From NCBI GenBank assembly GCA_023484045.1, contig JAMDAA010000035.1, positions 10,966 through 74,965 on the forward strand: 64,000 bases of DNA. Reading direction: 5' to 3'. Position numbers and translations under genes: made by a program. The notes beneath the pieces are model-generated. The model ran no database searches, had not been told where the DNA came from, and was given only the letters and a program-made list of their open reading frames with translations. Below, in pieces: positions 36,365 to 46,717 of this stretch (position 1 is its first letter; each line of letters begins with the position of its first letter). Source of the stretch: Patescibacteria group bacterium (lineage in GTDB: Bacteria; Patescibacteriota; Microgenomatia; Levybacterales; UBA12049).

Positions 36365-37495
36365 ATGAGTTACCTCTTGCCTCTTATAAAAAATGCTGAT
36401 GTTAAAGGTAAAACTGTTCTTCTTCGATTAGATTTGGATGTTCCGATCGTACAACTCAAAATTCAAAATTCAAAATCAGAAATTAAAATAGAGGACAAAG
36501 AGCGCCTGGAATCGGGATTAGCGACGATTAGGTATTTAACTAAACACGGGGCGGAAATAATTATTGCTGGACATTTGGGTCGTCCAGAAGGAAAGGATGA
36601 AAATTTCTCCCTACGACCCGTAGCAAAGTGGTTTGCGAGAAAAGTAGGATATAGTCAAATTCATCCTCGTAAATTTGGAATTTTTAACGGTTGGCGTCTT
36701 ACAGAAAGAATTTCGATTCTTGAGAATCTGAGGTTTTTTAAAGGAGAGGAGAGAGACGATAAACAGTTTTCAAAAGAATTGGCATCTCTTGCAGATGTTT
36801 ATATCAACGATGCGTTTGCAGTGAGTCATCGGACTCACGCTTCGATCGTCGGAGTTCCAGCGATTTTGCCCCATTTTGCGGGAATTCATTTTGCAGAAGA
36901 AGTAGAAATTTTAGGAAATGTATTAAAGCGCCCAAAAAGGCCGCTTATTGTAATAATCGGAGGAGCAAAACTCGAAACAAAACTACCACTCGTCGAAAAA
37001 ATGCACCGTTTTGCCGATTACGTCCTGATCGGAGGAAAGATCGCACGGGAAACACGAGTTTTGTTAAAGGTGGCCCATGAAAAAATTTATCCTCAAGCTG
37101 GCAGGAAAAGATCGGTTCTTTTGATCGCTGATTCAAATTTTAACGGTACTGACATTTCCGAAAAGAGTGTTGAAAATTTTTGCCAGATAGTAGTTTTAGC
37201 AAAAACGATTATTTGGAATGGACCGATGGGAATTATCAAGAATTCAGAATTCTCGCCTCGCGGCGAAGCGGGCAGAATTCAGAATTCAGAAGATACGGAA
37301 AAAGGGACGAGGAAATTGGCAAAAGCGATTACAGAGAGCAAAGCATATTCGATCGTCGGCGGCGGAGATACATTAGCTTATCTTAAAAAAATTGATCTAC
37401 TAAATAAATTCGACTTTTGTTCGATGGGCGGGGGAGCGATGCTTTCATTTTTAGCCGGCGAAAAAATGCCGGGGATTGAGGTACTCGAAAAATAA
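36365..37495 (+). CDS. pgk: Phosphoglycerate kinase with two in-frame low-complexity insertions
   Basis: ADVKGKTVLLRLDLDVP, IIAGHLGRPEGK and GGGDTLAYL motifs. Insertions at about 36455-36492 (VQLKIQNSKSEIKIE) and 37237-37290 (KNSEFSPRGEAGRIQNSE). Confidence 0.85.
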   Translation: MSYLLPLIKNADVKGKTVLLRLDLDVPIVQLKIQNSKSEIKIEDKERLESGLATIRYLTKHGAEIIIAGHLGRPEGKDENFSLRPVAKWFARKVGYSQIHPRKFGIFNGWRLTERISILENLRFFKGEERDDKQFSKELASLADVYINDAFAVSHRTHASIVGVPAILPHFAGIHFAEEVEILGNVLKRPKRPLIVIIGGAKLETKLPLVEKMHRFADYVLIGGKIARETRVLLKVAHEKIYPQAGRKRSVLLIADSNFNGTDISEKSVENFCQIVVLAKTIIWNGPMGIIKNSEFSPRGEAGRIQNSEDTEKGTRKLAKAITESKAYSIVGGGDTLAYLKKIDLLNKFDFCSMGGGAMLSFLAGEKMPGIEVLEK

Positions 37496-38596
37496 TTACT
37501 CAAAAAAACTTTTATAAAACGACGTGCTTCTTTGAATCGCTGTTTCCCAACTGCCATTATTAAAATTGTGATTCTCTCCGGGGTATGTGTGATAAGTAAC
37601 ATTTTTTCCGAGTTTTTTAAGCTCGTCTACTAATTGGTTAGACCATTTTTGAGGAACTGCTTCATCGTCTCCGCCTTGATGAATTTCAATCGGCGCGTTT
37701 ATCCAGGAGAAATAATTAGTTAGCGAATAGAGTTCAATATCATAACCTTTTTCAAAATCAGCGATAATTTTCCTTAAATACTTTCCGTGGTCATCTAATT
37801 CGTCGGTGTAATAAAAAATCGAATAAGGAAAAGGTTTTGAAACAGGAGCCCAAAGCACAGTCGGGTACCTTCGGCCGGTTATTTCTAAAATAGATAAAGC
37901 AATTTGACCTCCGTTACTGTGTCCCCAAATTCCAACCTTTTCATAATCTGCCTTAGTTTCACTATTAACATTTATTAAGCCTTCATTTATGTTTTTAATC
38001 GAAGAAAGTAAAGTTAGGGCAGTTGTGTATGTTTGAAATCTATCTTCGAGCGAATCAGTCGAGGCAGGAGAGGATTCACTGTAACCTAAAAAATCGGGCG
38101 CTAAAGTTATAAATCCGTTTTGGGCAAAATATTCTCCACCGTGTTGTGTTCCGACTCCAAAATCATAAATTTCTTTATCGACATATCCCCGAAACATAAC
38201 AATTACCGGATACGCGCCTTGTTTTTTCGGGATATTCGCGAGTCCGCTGACTTTTTTAGCTTGCCCTGAGCTCTTCGAGTCTGAGCTTGAGGGTTCCTCC
38301 CTCAGAGTCGAATGACCTGTCGAAGGGACATCAAAATAAAAAACCCGCGAGGTATAATCGGGAGTTTCTTTTATGATCTTTCCAAAAGTGATCGGACTTT
38401 CTTTCCAGCCAGAGGCTGGTCCGCCTTTGGCGGAAAAAGTTTTTTTTAAGTTTTCGAAACTGTATTTTTCAAACTTTTTTTCTTTGATATTGCTTAAAGG
38501 ATTTATTAGAGGTTTTTGTTGCTGACTAAGTAAATAAATTACGCCGATAAGAGCTAAAAAAACGAGGGAGTATACAAGATATATTTTTTTCATCAT
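37496..38596 (-). CDS. Secreted alpha/beta-hydrolase (esterase/peptidase-like) with an in-frame 68-bp repeat-element insertion
   Basis: GHSNGG nucleophile elbow and an N-terminal TM/signal. The insertion at 38260-38327 encodes HSTLREEPSSSDSKSSGQAKK. Confidence 0.6.
   Translation of the reverse strand: MMKKIYLVYSLVFLALIGVIYLLSQQQKPLINPLSNIKEKKFEKYSFENLKKTFSAKGGPASGWKESPITFGKIIKETPDYTSRVFYFDVPSTGHSTLREEPSSSDSKSSGQAKKVSGLANIPKKQGAYPVIVMFRGYVDKEIYDFGVGTQHGGEYFAQNGFITLAPDFLGYSESSPASTDSLEDRFQTYTTALTLLSSIKNINEGLINVNSETKADYEKVGIWGHSNGGQIALSILEITGRRYPTVLWAPVSKPFPYSIFYYTDELDDHGKYLRKIIADFEKGYDIELYSLTNYFSWINAPIEIHQGGDDEAVPQKWSNQLVDELKKLGKNVTYHTYPGENHNFNNGSWETAIQRSTSFYKSFFE
38260..38327. repeat. GC-rich repeat element, long form (CTTGCCCTGAGC - internal hairpin - CTGTCGAAGGG), in-frame in the esterase gene
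   Basis: cttgccctgagc tcttcgagtctgagcttgagggttcctccctcagagtcgaatgac ctgtcgaaggg. The termini are identical to the 23-bp short form at 14075 and 14215. The internal segment has a ctcagagtcga/tcgagtctgag inverted repeat. Confidence 0.7.
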
Positions 38597-38669
38597 TCCT
38601 ATTATATATGTTTTTAGGACTTGAAGTCATAAACTTTTATTTATATACTCATATTGAGGAATTCGAAAT

Positions 38670-39722
38670 ATGACACGCGTTGCGATTAACGGCTACGGAA
38701 GAATCGGAAGGATCACGCATAGAGTAATTTTAGAAAAATACAATTCCGAAATCGAAGTTGTCGCGATAAATGCAGGTTCATCGACGGATATAAAGGGTTG
38801 GATGTACCTGTTAAAATACGATTCTGCATACGGGCCACTCAATAAGAATTTAGAATCTAAAATTCAGAATTCAGAATTAAATAATTCGATAGGGTCGCTC
38901 ATTATCGACGGAAAGGAAATTCCGGTTTTTTCTCAAAAAGATCCGTCTTTACTTCCTTGGAAGGATTTAAATGTTGATGTTGTTGTCGAATCGACCGGAG
39001 AATTTGAAAAGGAAGAAGAATTAAAAAAGCACATAACCGCGGGGGCAAAAACAGTCGTTTTATCAGCGCCATTAAAAGAGGGAACTTCTCCGACCTATGT
39101 TATTTCCGTAAACGATAAGGATTACAAAGGCGAAAATATTATTAGCAATGCCTCGTGTACAACAAATTGTATCGCGCCCGTTGCAAAGATTATGATCGAA
39201 CATTTTGGGGTCGAAAAAGCGATGATGACAACAATTCATGCTTACACTTCCGATCAAAGACTTCAGGACGGCGGTCACAAAGATTATAGACGGGGAAGGG
39301 CGGCTTCTCAAAATATTGTTCCAACTTCAACCGGCGCGACAAAAGCCGCGGCAAAGGCATTGCCGGAATTACAAGATAAATTTTCTGGCCTTGCGATAAG
39401 AGTCCCGGTAATCATCGGATCGCTTTCCGACTTTACGTTTCTTCTTAAAAAAGAAACAACGGTCGACGAAATTAACAGTGTGTTTAAGCAAGAATCTCAA
39501 AATTCGGCATATAAAGGAATTTTGACAGTGAGCGAAGATCCTTTAGTTTCATCCGACATAATCGGAAATTCAAACTCTTCGATCGTCGATTTGTCGCTTA
39601 CCCAAGTTGTTGGTGGCAATATGGTAAAAGTTGTCGCGTGGTACGATAATGAATATGGTTATGCGTGTCGACTCGTCGAGGAAGCAATAATGGTTGGAAA
39701 GGGGATTAACTCCGCTCAATGA
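38670..39722 (+). CDS. gap: Glyceraldehyde-3-phosphate dehydrogenase with one in-frame heptamer-repeat insertion
   Basis: NGYGRIGR and SNASCTTNC catalytic motifs. Insertion at about 38846-38885 (NLESKIQNSELNNS). Confidence 0.85.
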   Translation: MTRVAINGYGRIGRITHRVILEKYNSEIEVVAINAGSSTDIKGWMYLLKYDSAYGPLNKNLESKIQNSELNNSIGSLIIDGKEIPVFSQKDPSLLPWKDLNVDVVVESTGEFEKEEELKKHITAGAKTVVLSAPLKEGTSPTYVISVNDKDYKGENIISNASCTTNCIAPVAKIMIEHFGVEKAMMTTIHAYTSDQRLQDGGHKDYRRGRAASQNIVPTSTGATKAAAKALPELQDKFSGLAIRVPVIIGSLSDFTFLLKKETTVDEINSVFKQESQNSAYKGILTVSEDPLVSSDIIGNSNSSIVDLSLTQVVGGNMVKVVAWYDNEYGYACRLVEEAIMVGKGINSAQ

Positions 39723-40309
39723 GTACTCCTATTGAACTTCCAAATATAAAAAATATTACAGTTTCTGGAAGAATCGGTGCTGGCGCTACGACTCTTGCTA
39801 AAAAACTTGCAGAAAAATTAAACTGGCGGGTTTTAGAGGGCGGGGATTTATTTGAAAAGATCCATAAAGAATTAGGGCTGAGTCAGACAGAAGTTTTAAA
39901 AAGACCGGACCATTTTGATTTAGAGTACGAAGAAAAAGTAAAAAAAATACTTAGAGAAGAATCTCATCAGATCGTCCAAAGTCATTTGGCAGGATTTGAT
40001 GCCCGGGGAATCGAAGGAGTTTTTAAGATTTTTATTGACTGTGAAGATAGTGAGGGTAATGATAAACCGGAGATTCGAATCGACCGTTTAATTAACCGCG
40101 ACGGGATTTCGATAGAAAATGCCAAAGAAGAGGTATTTGATCGGGAAAAACAACACACAGAAAAATGGCGAAGACTTTATGCCGGAAGCGACCCAAATTG
40201 GGTTTATTGGGATAAAAAATATTACGATTTAGTAATTAATACTTACTCGCATAACCAGGAAGAAACTCTCAAACTCGCCCTTTCAGCGATGGGATATAAG
40301 CGGATTTAA
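39719..40309 (+). CDS. Cytidylate-kinase-like / AAA-type nucleotide kinase family protein
   Basis: P-loop GRIGAGATTLAKKLAEKL, about 190 aa. 4-nt overlap with the gap stop. Confidence 0.5.
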   Translation: MSTPIELPNIKNITVSGRIGAGATTLAKKLAEKLNWRVLEGGDLFEKIHKELGLSQTEVLKRPDHFDLEYEEKVKKILREESHQIVQSHLAGFDARGIEGVFKIFIDCEDSEGNDKPEIRIDRLINRDGISIENAKEEVFDREKQHTEKWRRLYAGSDPNWVYWDKKYYDLVINTYSHNQEETLKLALSAMGYKRI

Positions 40310-40310
40310 A

Positions 40311-41204
40311 TTAAACCTTCAATCCTTTGCAAATAGCTACTGGGATCATTGTAAGAGGACCAGATTTGCCCCAAAGATATTTATAGTCAGGAGCTGTTTT
40401 AAGTCTACTTTTTCGAAGCATAATCTCGTCAAAATATGGGTTAAGTAATTCATATTGTTGTGCGATCATCTGTCCTTCCGAGCCGATCTCAGCACCTGGA
40501 ACGTTTGGATAAAATGCAAATATGCCATCTGGGAGAAGCATCTCGGAGAGCGTAGGAAGATATAATAAATCATTTATTCCTCTGTCCTCTGGTCTTAGAG
40601 GAAAGGTATCTGAAATTATTATATCGAACTTTTTGCGTCTTTCAGCAAGGCTTTTCGCTACTTCACCTGCCTCGCCGTTATATAAAACTATTTTTATAAT
40701 TGGTTTTGTACCCGGTACTTCATGTGATGTGCCCGTAAAACTTTTTTCCCATCTCTCTTTCCATTTTTCGGATCTTTCGTAGACATCTTTATTTAGTTCA
40801 ACAACACGGTATTCTCCTCTTCCGCGACCCACTAATTTCTGAATTACGCGGTTACCAGTTATACCAATTCCAAAACCTAATTCTAAAACTCTAACAGGCG
40901 CTTTTCTATCTCTTATAAGTTGATCAAAAGCGAGACTTACGGTATCACTACACCATGGAGTTTCGCACGTATCCATGACCTGATTACCCATAATAATTAG
41001 TCTTGTTCCAGCATCATAGTCATAAAAAGTCCCGTCTCCGTAATAAAATCTGCCTTTAGGATAGCTAATATATTCTGCCTTGGCATTTCTCCATACTTCA
41101 ATTGGATTACCGGTTTCCCCATCTTTACCACCATCATGATTTCTGTTTCCATTAAATATTGCCTGCGCCGTTAATTGTTGTAGTACTTCTGGATTAACAC
41201 TCAT
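40311..41204 (-). CDS. SAM-dependent methyltransferase-like protein (spermidine-synthase-like fold?)
   Basis: VRVLELGFGIGITGNRV GxGxG-type motif with a later DIIISDTF acidic motif. Weak. Confidence 0.4.
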   Translation of the reverse strand: MSVNPEVLQQLTAQAIFNGNRNHDGGKDGETGNPIEVWRNAKAEYISYPKGRFYYGDGTFYDYDAGTRLIIMGNQVMDTCETPWCSDTVSLAFDQLIRDRKAPVRVLELGFGIGITGNRVIQKLVGRGRGEYRVVELNKDVYERSEKWKERWEKSFTGTSHEVPGTKPIIKIVLYNGEAGEVAKSLAERRKKFDIIISDTFPLRPEDRGINDLLYLPTLSEMLLPDGIFAFYPNVPGAEIGSEGQMIAQQYELLNPYFDEIMLRKSRLKTAPDYKYLWGKSGPLTMIPVAICKGLKV

Positions 41205-41344
41205 AATAATTTAATATTGTGTCTGCGTATTCTATAGCGAGTACGATTATAAGTCAAGCGTAGATAAGCCATCTATTGGATGAATAATTAAGATATTGCA
41301 AAGCAATATTTTATAAGATACAATTTCAATGCAAAATTAAATTT

Positions 41345-42367
41345 ATGAGAGTAGCAGCCATAATGCAGAAAAAAGTTGATTATGTCACCACTAAAGATTC
41401 GGTCGGTCACGTGTCTCGTATTATATTTGGCCACGGAATAAATGGCGTCCCTGTTTGTAAGGATAAAAAGCTAGTAGGATTTATTACGGAGCGCGACATA
41501 TTATCGAAATTTTTCCCATCAATGCAGGAATATATAGAAGATCCTGTTCACGCTAGAGACTTTGAGTCGATGGAAAAGAAAATTTCCGAAATCCTGTCTT
41601 TGAGTGCGGATGACATAATGACTAAAAATCCAATAAGCATAACTTCCGATACCCCCGTTCTTCACGCGCAATCTCTAATGTTTGTTAACAAAATCGGACG
41701 GCTGCCTATCGTAGATGATTCTGGAACACTTGTGGGAATAATATCTAAAGGCGATATTTTTAAAGCAGTTGTTGGGAAAAAATTAATTTTAGGAGAAGAA
41801 GAGGGTTTTTATGATTGGATGTCTAAATATTATGATGTTTTGATAGATTGGGAAGAAAGATTATCACAAGAGATTCCTGATCTCGTAGAGCTTTTTAAAG
41901 CTGAAAATACGAAAAGGATTTTAGATGTTGCTTCTAGCACGGGAGAACATTCAATTGGTCTTGTAAAAAAGGGATTCCAAATATGCGGTTTAGACAGAAG
42001 TAGTCTTATAAATGAAGTTGCGGAAAAAAAGAAAAATAAATTAGTTGAAGAACAAAAAGAAAGAATAAAGTTCTTCGCTGGGAATTATAAAGAAATAATA
42101 TCATCACTCCCTCATACGTTCGATGCGGCAATTTTCATGGGAAACGCTTTACCACATGTTATAAACACAAAAAAAGACATAGTAAAAGAAGTTGTTAAGG
42201 TTCTAGAACCAAAAAACTCGTTATTATTTTTTCAAATTATAAATTTTGATCGAATATTTGAGTTACGCGGGGGAGTTAGAGAATTTGTAGTAAGGAAATC
42301 GAGTATAGGCTATGGTCAAGAGCACGCTTTTTTACTTTTTATAAAAAAAGGACAAATAATACTGTAA
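41345..42367 (+). CDS. CBS-pair domain fused to a SAM-dependent methyltransferase domain
   Basis: Two CBS motifs (GINGVPVC..., IGRLPIVDDSGTLVGIISKGD) then ILDVASSTGEHSIGLVKKGFQICGLDRS, a methyltransferase motif I. Confidence 0.55.
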   Translation: MRVAAIMQKKVDYVTTKDSVGHVSRIIFGHGINGVPVCKDKKLVGFITERDILSKFFPSMQEYIEDPVHARDFESMEKKISEILSLSADDIMTKNPISITSDTPVLHAQSLMFVNKIGRLPIVDDSGTLVGIISKGDIFKAVVGKKLILGEEEGFYDWMSKYYDVLIDWEERLSQEIPDLVELFKAENTKRILDVASSTGEHSIGLVKKGFQICGLDRSSLINEVAEKKKNKLVEEQKERIKFFAGNYKEIISSLPHTFDAAIFMGNALPHVINTKKDIVKEVVKVLEPKNSLLFFQIINFDRIFELRGGVREFVVRKSSIGYGQEHAFLLFIKKGQIIL

Positions 42368-42617
42368 TTTATACTCGTGCAATCTTTGATTTCATCGGCG
42401 ATAAGTGGAGTTTCAAAACGATGAATAGCACGATAATAACCTATATTGGAAAAAAAGAGATTACTGAAATATTAAATAAATTTGGTTTTTTAAAAGTAAA
42501 ATTTTACGGAGGTCAATTTTATGGTCCTTTATTTAAGGAGCCGTTTAAGCCCTTGGAGAGCGACTGGTTGAATGTTGTGGCGAAAAGATAAATTTATTTG
42601 ACATAGTAATATAAAAG

Positions 42618-43187
42618 GTGTATGTTATAAACGAAATGAGAAAGTTTTTTCTCGTCGCGATCGCATTCTTAATATTTCTCCAAACTTATAAAGTTTCTTT
42701 TGCTCAAGAGAAAATTACTCCAACTTCAACTCCTTTTCCGACTCCAACACCAATTGAGTATCAGCTTCCATATCCGGGTCTTTTGCCCGATCATCCGTTA
42801 TATTTTATAAAAGCGGTAAGAGATAAAATTATGGACGTTTTAATTTCTGATCCATTTAAAAAAGCCGAATTTAATTTACTTTCGGCAGATAAGCGTTTAA
42901 ACGCCGGAATTTTTCTTTTTAAGAATGGCAAACAACAGTTAGCCGCCGACACGATTTCCAAAGGAGAAAATTATTTTGAAAAAGCGATTGATAACGCAAA
43001 AGAAGCAAAAAAGCAGGGGAAAGATGTTAATGGTATTATTTCAAGACTGCTGCTTTCTGTGAAGAAACAACAAGCTGTCATTAAAGATCTCGAAAATAAA
43101 GCGTCGGGCAAGGTAACACAGAGTTTAAATTTAAGTCTGCAAAGGGCGACTGATCTAGAAAAACAGGTAAATACGATTAATCTTTAA
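42618..43187 (+). CDS. Secreted hypothetical protein (DUF5667-like)
   Basis: Signal peptide; PYPGLLPDHPLYFIKAVRDKIMD motif recalled from CPR DUF5667 proteins. Weak. Confidence 0.35.
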   Translation: MYVINEMRKFFLVAIAFLIFLQTYKVSFAQEKITPTSTPFPTPTPIEYQLPYPGLLPDHPLYFIKAVRDKIMDVLISDPFKKAEFNLLSADKRLNAGIFLFKNGKQQLAADTISKGENYFEKAIDNAKEAKKQGKDVNGIISRLLLSVKKQQAVIKDLENKASGKVTQSLNLSLQRATDLEKQVNTINL

Positions 43188-43397
43188 TTGTTACTGAAAA
43201 GTTCTTAATTGTTTATTTTTTTTACTCACGTACCTAACCCAAAAATACACTTATTCTAATAGTCCTATATTTTTTTTACTCTATTTTTTTCCCGTTAATG
43301 AAACTTTGAAAAACCGAGGCTAGAAAAATAACTGACTAATTTTGATATATTTATTGATAGTTGACACGGCAGATCTAGGGTCATATTATTTGTCTTG

Positions 43398-43413
43398 GCA
43401 CTAGATATAGAGT
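43398..43413 (+). promoter_or_regulatory. Candidate NrdR box immediately upstream of nrdR-nrdJ
   Basis: GCACTAGATATAGAGT resembles the NrdR-box palindrome acaCtAtATaTaGtgt. It lies 9 nt before the nrdR start. Confidence 0.3.
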
Positions 43414-43421
43414 TTTTAGTT

Positions 43422-43871
43422 ATGAAGTGTCCTTATTGCGGAAGCACAGATACAGAAGTAATCGAAACAAGAGACAGTGAAGATCTTGAAACAATAAGGA
43501 GAAGGAGATCATGCTTAAAGTGCGGAAAAAGATTTACAACTTATGAAAGAGTGGAAAATATTAATTTAGTCGTAATAAAAAAGGAAGGAAAAAGAGAGCA
43601 GTTTAACAGAGATAAATTAAAAAGCGGAATTTTAAAGGCGAGTGAAAAAACAGCGGTGTCGGTCGACGCGATCGAAAAAATCGTGACAGAAATAGAGCAT
43701 GAATTAAGAAGCGCAGATTCAGTCGAAGTCGAAAGTAAAAAAATCGGGCAAATGGTTGCGAACAAACTTAAAAAAATCGACAAAATCGCTTATATTAGAT
43801 TCTCAAGCGTTTTTAGACGATTTGTCGACGTCGAAGATTTCGAAAAAGAAGTAAAAAAACTTATTAAATAA
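43422..43871 (+). CDS. nrdR: Transcriptional repressor NrdR
   Basis: MKCPYCGSTDTEVIETRDSEDLETIRRRRSCLKCGKRFTTYE zinc ribbon and ATP-cone. Confidence 0.85.
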   Translation: MKCPYCGSTDTEVIETRDSEDLETIRRRRSCLKCGKRFTTYERVENINLVVIKKEGKREQFNRDKLKSGILKASEKTAVSVDAIEKIVTEIEHELRSADSVEVESKKIGQMVANKLKKIDKIAYIRFSSVFRRFVDVEDFEKEVKKLIK

Positions 43872-43895
43872 TCCGCCAGAGGCGAGACAAGAATT

Positions 43896-46397
43896 ATGAA
43901 ACTTGACGGAATAAGACAACAGGTATTTTTAGACAGATACGCCTTAAAAGATAAAAAAGGACATCCGATTGAACAAGCTCCAGATGAAATGTGGCAAAGA
44001 GTCGCGCGTGGTGTTTCTCAGGCTGAAAAAAAAGAAGACAGAAAACTTTGGGAGAAAAAATTTGTCGACGCGATGAAGGATTTCAAATTTGTACCGGGCG
44101 GGAGAATTTTGGCTGGCGCTGGAACCGGTTTTGACGTAACATTTTATAATTGTTTTGTTTTGCCTTCTCCCGCCGATTCAAGAGACGGAATTTTGGATAA
44201 TCTTAAATCGATGATCGAGATTATGGCGCGGGGCGGAGGTGCGGGGATTAATCTTTCTTCTCTTAGGCCTCGCGGAGCGAGGGTTAAAAAAGTAAACGGA
44301 TTTTCATCGGGGCCGTGTAATTGGGCAGAGCTTTATTCGATCGCGACTCATGACATTATTCAACAAGGAGGATCAAGGCGAGGCGCTTTGATGCTCATGC
44401 TCTGGGACTGGCATCCGGATATAGAAGAGTTTGTTACTGTAAAACAGGATTTAAGAAAAATAACGGGCGCTAATCTTTCGGTTTGCGTATCCGATAGATT
44501 TATGGAAGCGGTAAAAAAAGATGAAAATTGGGATTTAGTATTTCCTGACCTTTCAGATAAAGATTACGACGAAAAGTGGGACGGAGATTTAACTACCTGG
44601 AGAGCATTAAAAAAGAAAGTAAAAGTATACAAAACAATAAAAGCTAGACATCTTTGGAATTTAATTTGTGAGGCCGCGTGGAAAAGCGCTGAACCTGGAA
44701 TCGTTTTTATGGAACGCTACAATAAAATGTACAACAATTGGTATTGGAACAGGGTTAATTGTACAAATCCGTGTGGAGAAGAAGGACTTCCGGCGTGGGG
44801 CGTATGTAATTTAAGTTCGCTCAATCTTTCGGCTTTTGTAAGGGGTTATTCTGTCGACAAGCCGGGAGAGATGGATTATAAAAGTTTGGCAGAACACGCA
44901 AAAATCGGAGTAAGGCTTCAAGACGACGTGATTAATATTGATAGTTACGCTTTCCCCGAAATCAAAGAGATGCAGGTAAACGGAGAGCGAAGAATCGGTC
45001 TCGGGACTTTGGGACTCGGCGACGCGCTTATAAAGATGCATCTTCGCTATGGATCGGATAAGTCGCTTAAAGTGATCGAAAAAATTTTCAAAACAATAAG
45101 AGACGCGGCGTATGAAGCGTCGACAGAAATCGCGAAAGAAAAAGGTGCTTTCCCGAAATTTAACGCGACAAAATATCTAAAAGGATATTTTATAAAAAAA
45201 CTTCCAAAAAATCTTCGAGACAAAATCAGAAAATACGGAATCAGAAATTCGCTTCTTTTGCAGGAAGCACCCACCGGCTCAACGAGTCTTTTATCCGGAG
45301 TTTCGTCCGGTATCGAACCGATTTACGAATTCGAATTTATCAGAAAAGACAGACTTGGTGAACATAAGATGTTTCACCCCCTTTATGAAGAATGGAAAAA
45401 AGCCCATCCGAATTCACTAACTAGTGAAAGACCCGATTATTTTGTTTCGGCGAATGATTTAACACCGGAGGATCATGTAAAAGTTCAATCGACAATTCAG
45501 CAATACGTCGATGCGTCGATTTCTAAAACCGTTAACGCGCCAAAAATACACACGGTAGAAGATGTTAAAAAATTGTACGAGCTCGCGTATAAACTCGGTT
45601 GTAAAGGAATTACATACATGAGGGAGGGTTCAAGAGAAGGGGTTCTGACAAGAATCGATGCTTCGGCAAGCTCAGCACAAGAGAAAAAAGAAGAACAGCC
45701 GGTTGCTACTACACAAGTGGTTTATTCTCATAAACCGATGGTTGCGCGGCCGGAAAGAGCAGAAGGAGTTACTTACAGAACTCAAACCCCGATCGGCGAA
45801 GCGTTTATTACGATAAATCACGATGAAAACAAAGAACCGTTTGAAATGTTTATTACGATCGGAAAATCGGGGTCAGATATTGCCGCGATGGCAGAGGCGC
45901 TAGGCAGAATAGTATCGTTGAACTTAAGACTTTCAGGCGGGCTTTCCCCGCGCGAGAGAGTTAGACAGGTTATCGCTCAGCTTGCCGGAATCGGCGGTGC
46001 AAGAAGTGTTGGGTTTGGTAAAGAAAAAGTTAGGTCTTTACCCGATGCAGTCGCAAAAGTTTTAGCGAGACATTTTAACTTTTCTGTAAACGGTAAAGTC
46101 GAAGATAAAAAAATGGTCGCAGTAACAAACGGAGAAGCAAAAGAGATGGTCGAAAAACAAGATCAGAGAGTAATTAAAAACGGAGAAAGTAAATTAGATG
46201 TTAAAGAATTTAAAGAAAAACAAGATATTATTATGCTTCAACAGCTTTCTATCGAAGGACAAGCGAGTGGTTTGTCGCTTGAGCATTCTTCGACCAGCAC
46301 GAGTCTTTTTGATGTGTGTCCGGATTGCGGAAGCGGAAGTTTAGCGTACGAAGAAGGCTGTAGAAAATGTTACAGCTGTGGTTATTCAGAATGTTAA
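43896..46397 (+). CDS. nrdJ: Class II (adenosylcobalamin-dependent) ribonucleotide reductase
   Basis: 833 aa. The N-terminal region and the C-terminal Cys cluster (CPDCGSGSLAYEEGCRKCYSCGYSEC) are typical of NrdJ. Small in-frame insertion at 45661-45685 (ASASSAQEK). Confidence 0.85.
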   Translation: MKLDGIRQQVFLDRYALKDKKGHPIEQAPDEMWQRVARGVSQAEKKEDRKLWEKKFVDAMKDFKFVPGGRILAGAGTGFDVTFYNCFVLPSPADSRDGILDNLKSMIEIMARGGGAGINLSSLRPRGARVKKVNGFSSGPCNWAELYSIATHDIIQQGGSRRGALMLMLWDWHPDIEEFVTVKQDLRKITGANLSVCVSDRFMEAVKKDENWDLVFPDLSDKDYDEKWDGDLTTWRALKKKVKVYKTIKARHLWNLICEAAWKSAEPGIVFMERYNKMYNNWYWNRVNCTNPCGEEGLPAWGVCNLSSLNLSAFVRGYSVDKPGEMDYKSLAEHAKIGVRLQDDVINIDSYAFPEIKEMQVNGERRIGLGTLGLGDALIKMHLRYGSDKSLKVIEKIFKTIRDAAYEASTEIAKEKGAFPKFNATKYLKGYFIKKLPKNLRDKIRKYGIRNSLLLQEAPTGSTSLLSGVSSGIEPIYEFEFIRKDRLGEHKMFHPLYEEWKKAHPNSLTSERPDYFVSANDLTPEDHVKVQSTIQQYVDASISKTVNAPKIHTVEDVKKLYELAYKLGCKGITYMREGSREGVLTRIDASASSAQEKKEEQPVATTQVVYSHKPMVARPERAEGVTYRTQTPIGEAFITINHDENKEPFEMFITIGKSGSDIAAMAEALGRIVSLNLRLSGGLSPRERVRQVIAQLAGIGGARSVGFGKEKVRSLPDAVAKVLARHFNFSVNGKVEDKKMVAVTNGEAKEMVEKQDQRVIKNGESKLDVKEFKEKQDIIMLQQLSIEGQASGLSLEHSSTSTSLFDVCPDCGSGSLAYEEGCRKCYSCGYSEC

Positions 46398-46410
46398 GAT
46401 CAAAAATCAA

Positions 46411-46454
46411 CCCTTCGATTTCGCCAAGTCAGACTTGGCTTCGCTCAGGGCAAG
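46411..46454. repeat. GC-rich repeat element (inverted orientation, with ccaagtcagacttgg palindromic insert), intergenic after nrdJ, flanked by TCAAAAA-type heptamers
   Basis: cccttcgatttcgccaagtcagacttggcttcgctcagggcaag. Its reverse complement begins cttgccctgagcgaag. Flanked by gatcaaaaatcaa and gaattcaaaaatcaaaactacaagttaaaactcaaaag. Confidence 0.65.
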
Positions 46455-46519
46455 AATTCAAAAATCAAAACTACAAGTTAAAACTCAAAAGTGTTAAAAT
46501 CAGAAAGATAAATTTAAAT

Positions 46520-46675
46520 TTTAAAATTTAGGGCAAAAGTTCCGAAGTCTGTGGAAATCAAACGCTGTGCCGCAACCGTAATAGTCGGGGCGAAGGCTTT
46601 TGCTGTTTTAAAAATTCTTCGAGCAAAGAATAGTATTTTATAAAATACCTTCTCGACTCGAGAAGGTTTTTTGTA
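46520..46675 (+). promoter_or_regulatory. Candidate cobalamin riboswitch with intrinsic-terminator expression platform upstream of pduO
   Basis: TAGGGCAAAAGTTCCGAAGTCTGTGGAAATCAAACGCTGTGCCGCAACCGTAATAG resembles the conserved B12-element core (AGGGAA..GGTG.GAAUCC..GCUG.C.CGCA.C.GUAAGG). Downstream hairpin ccttctcgactcgagaagg plus a T6 run at 46648-46672. No clear B12 box was seen. Confidence 0.4.
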
Positions 46676-46717
46676 GATTCGAATACATTTGTATTATTTC
46701 GATTAGCATTTATTAGT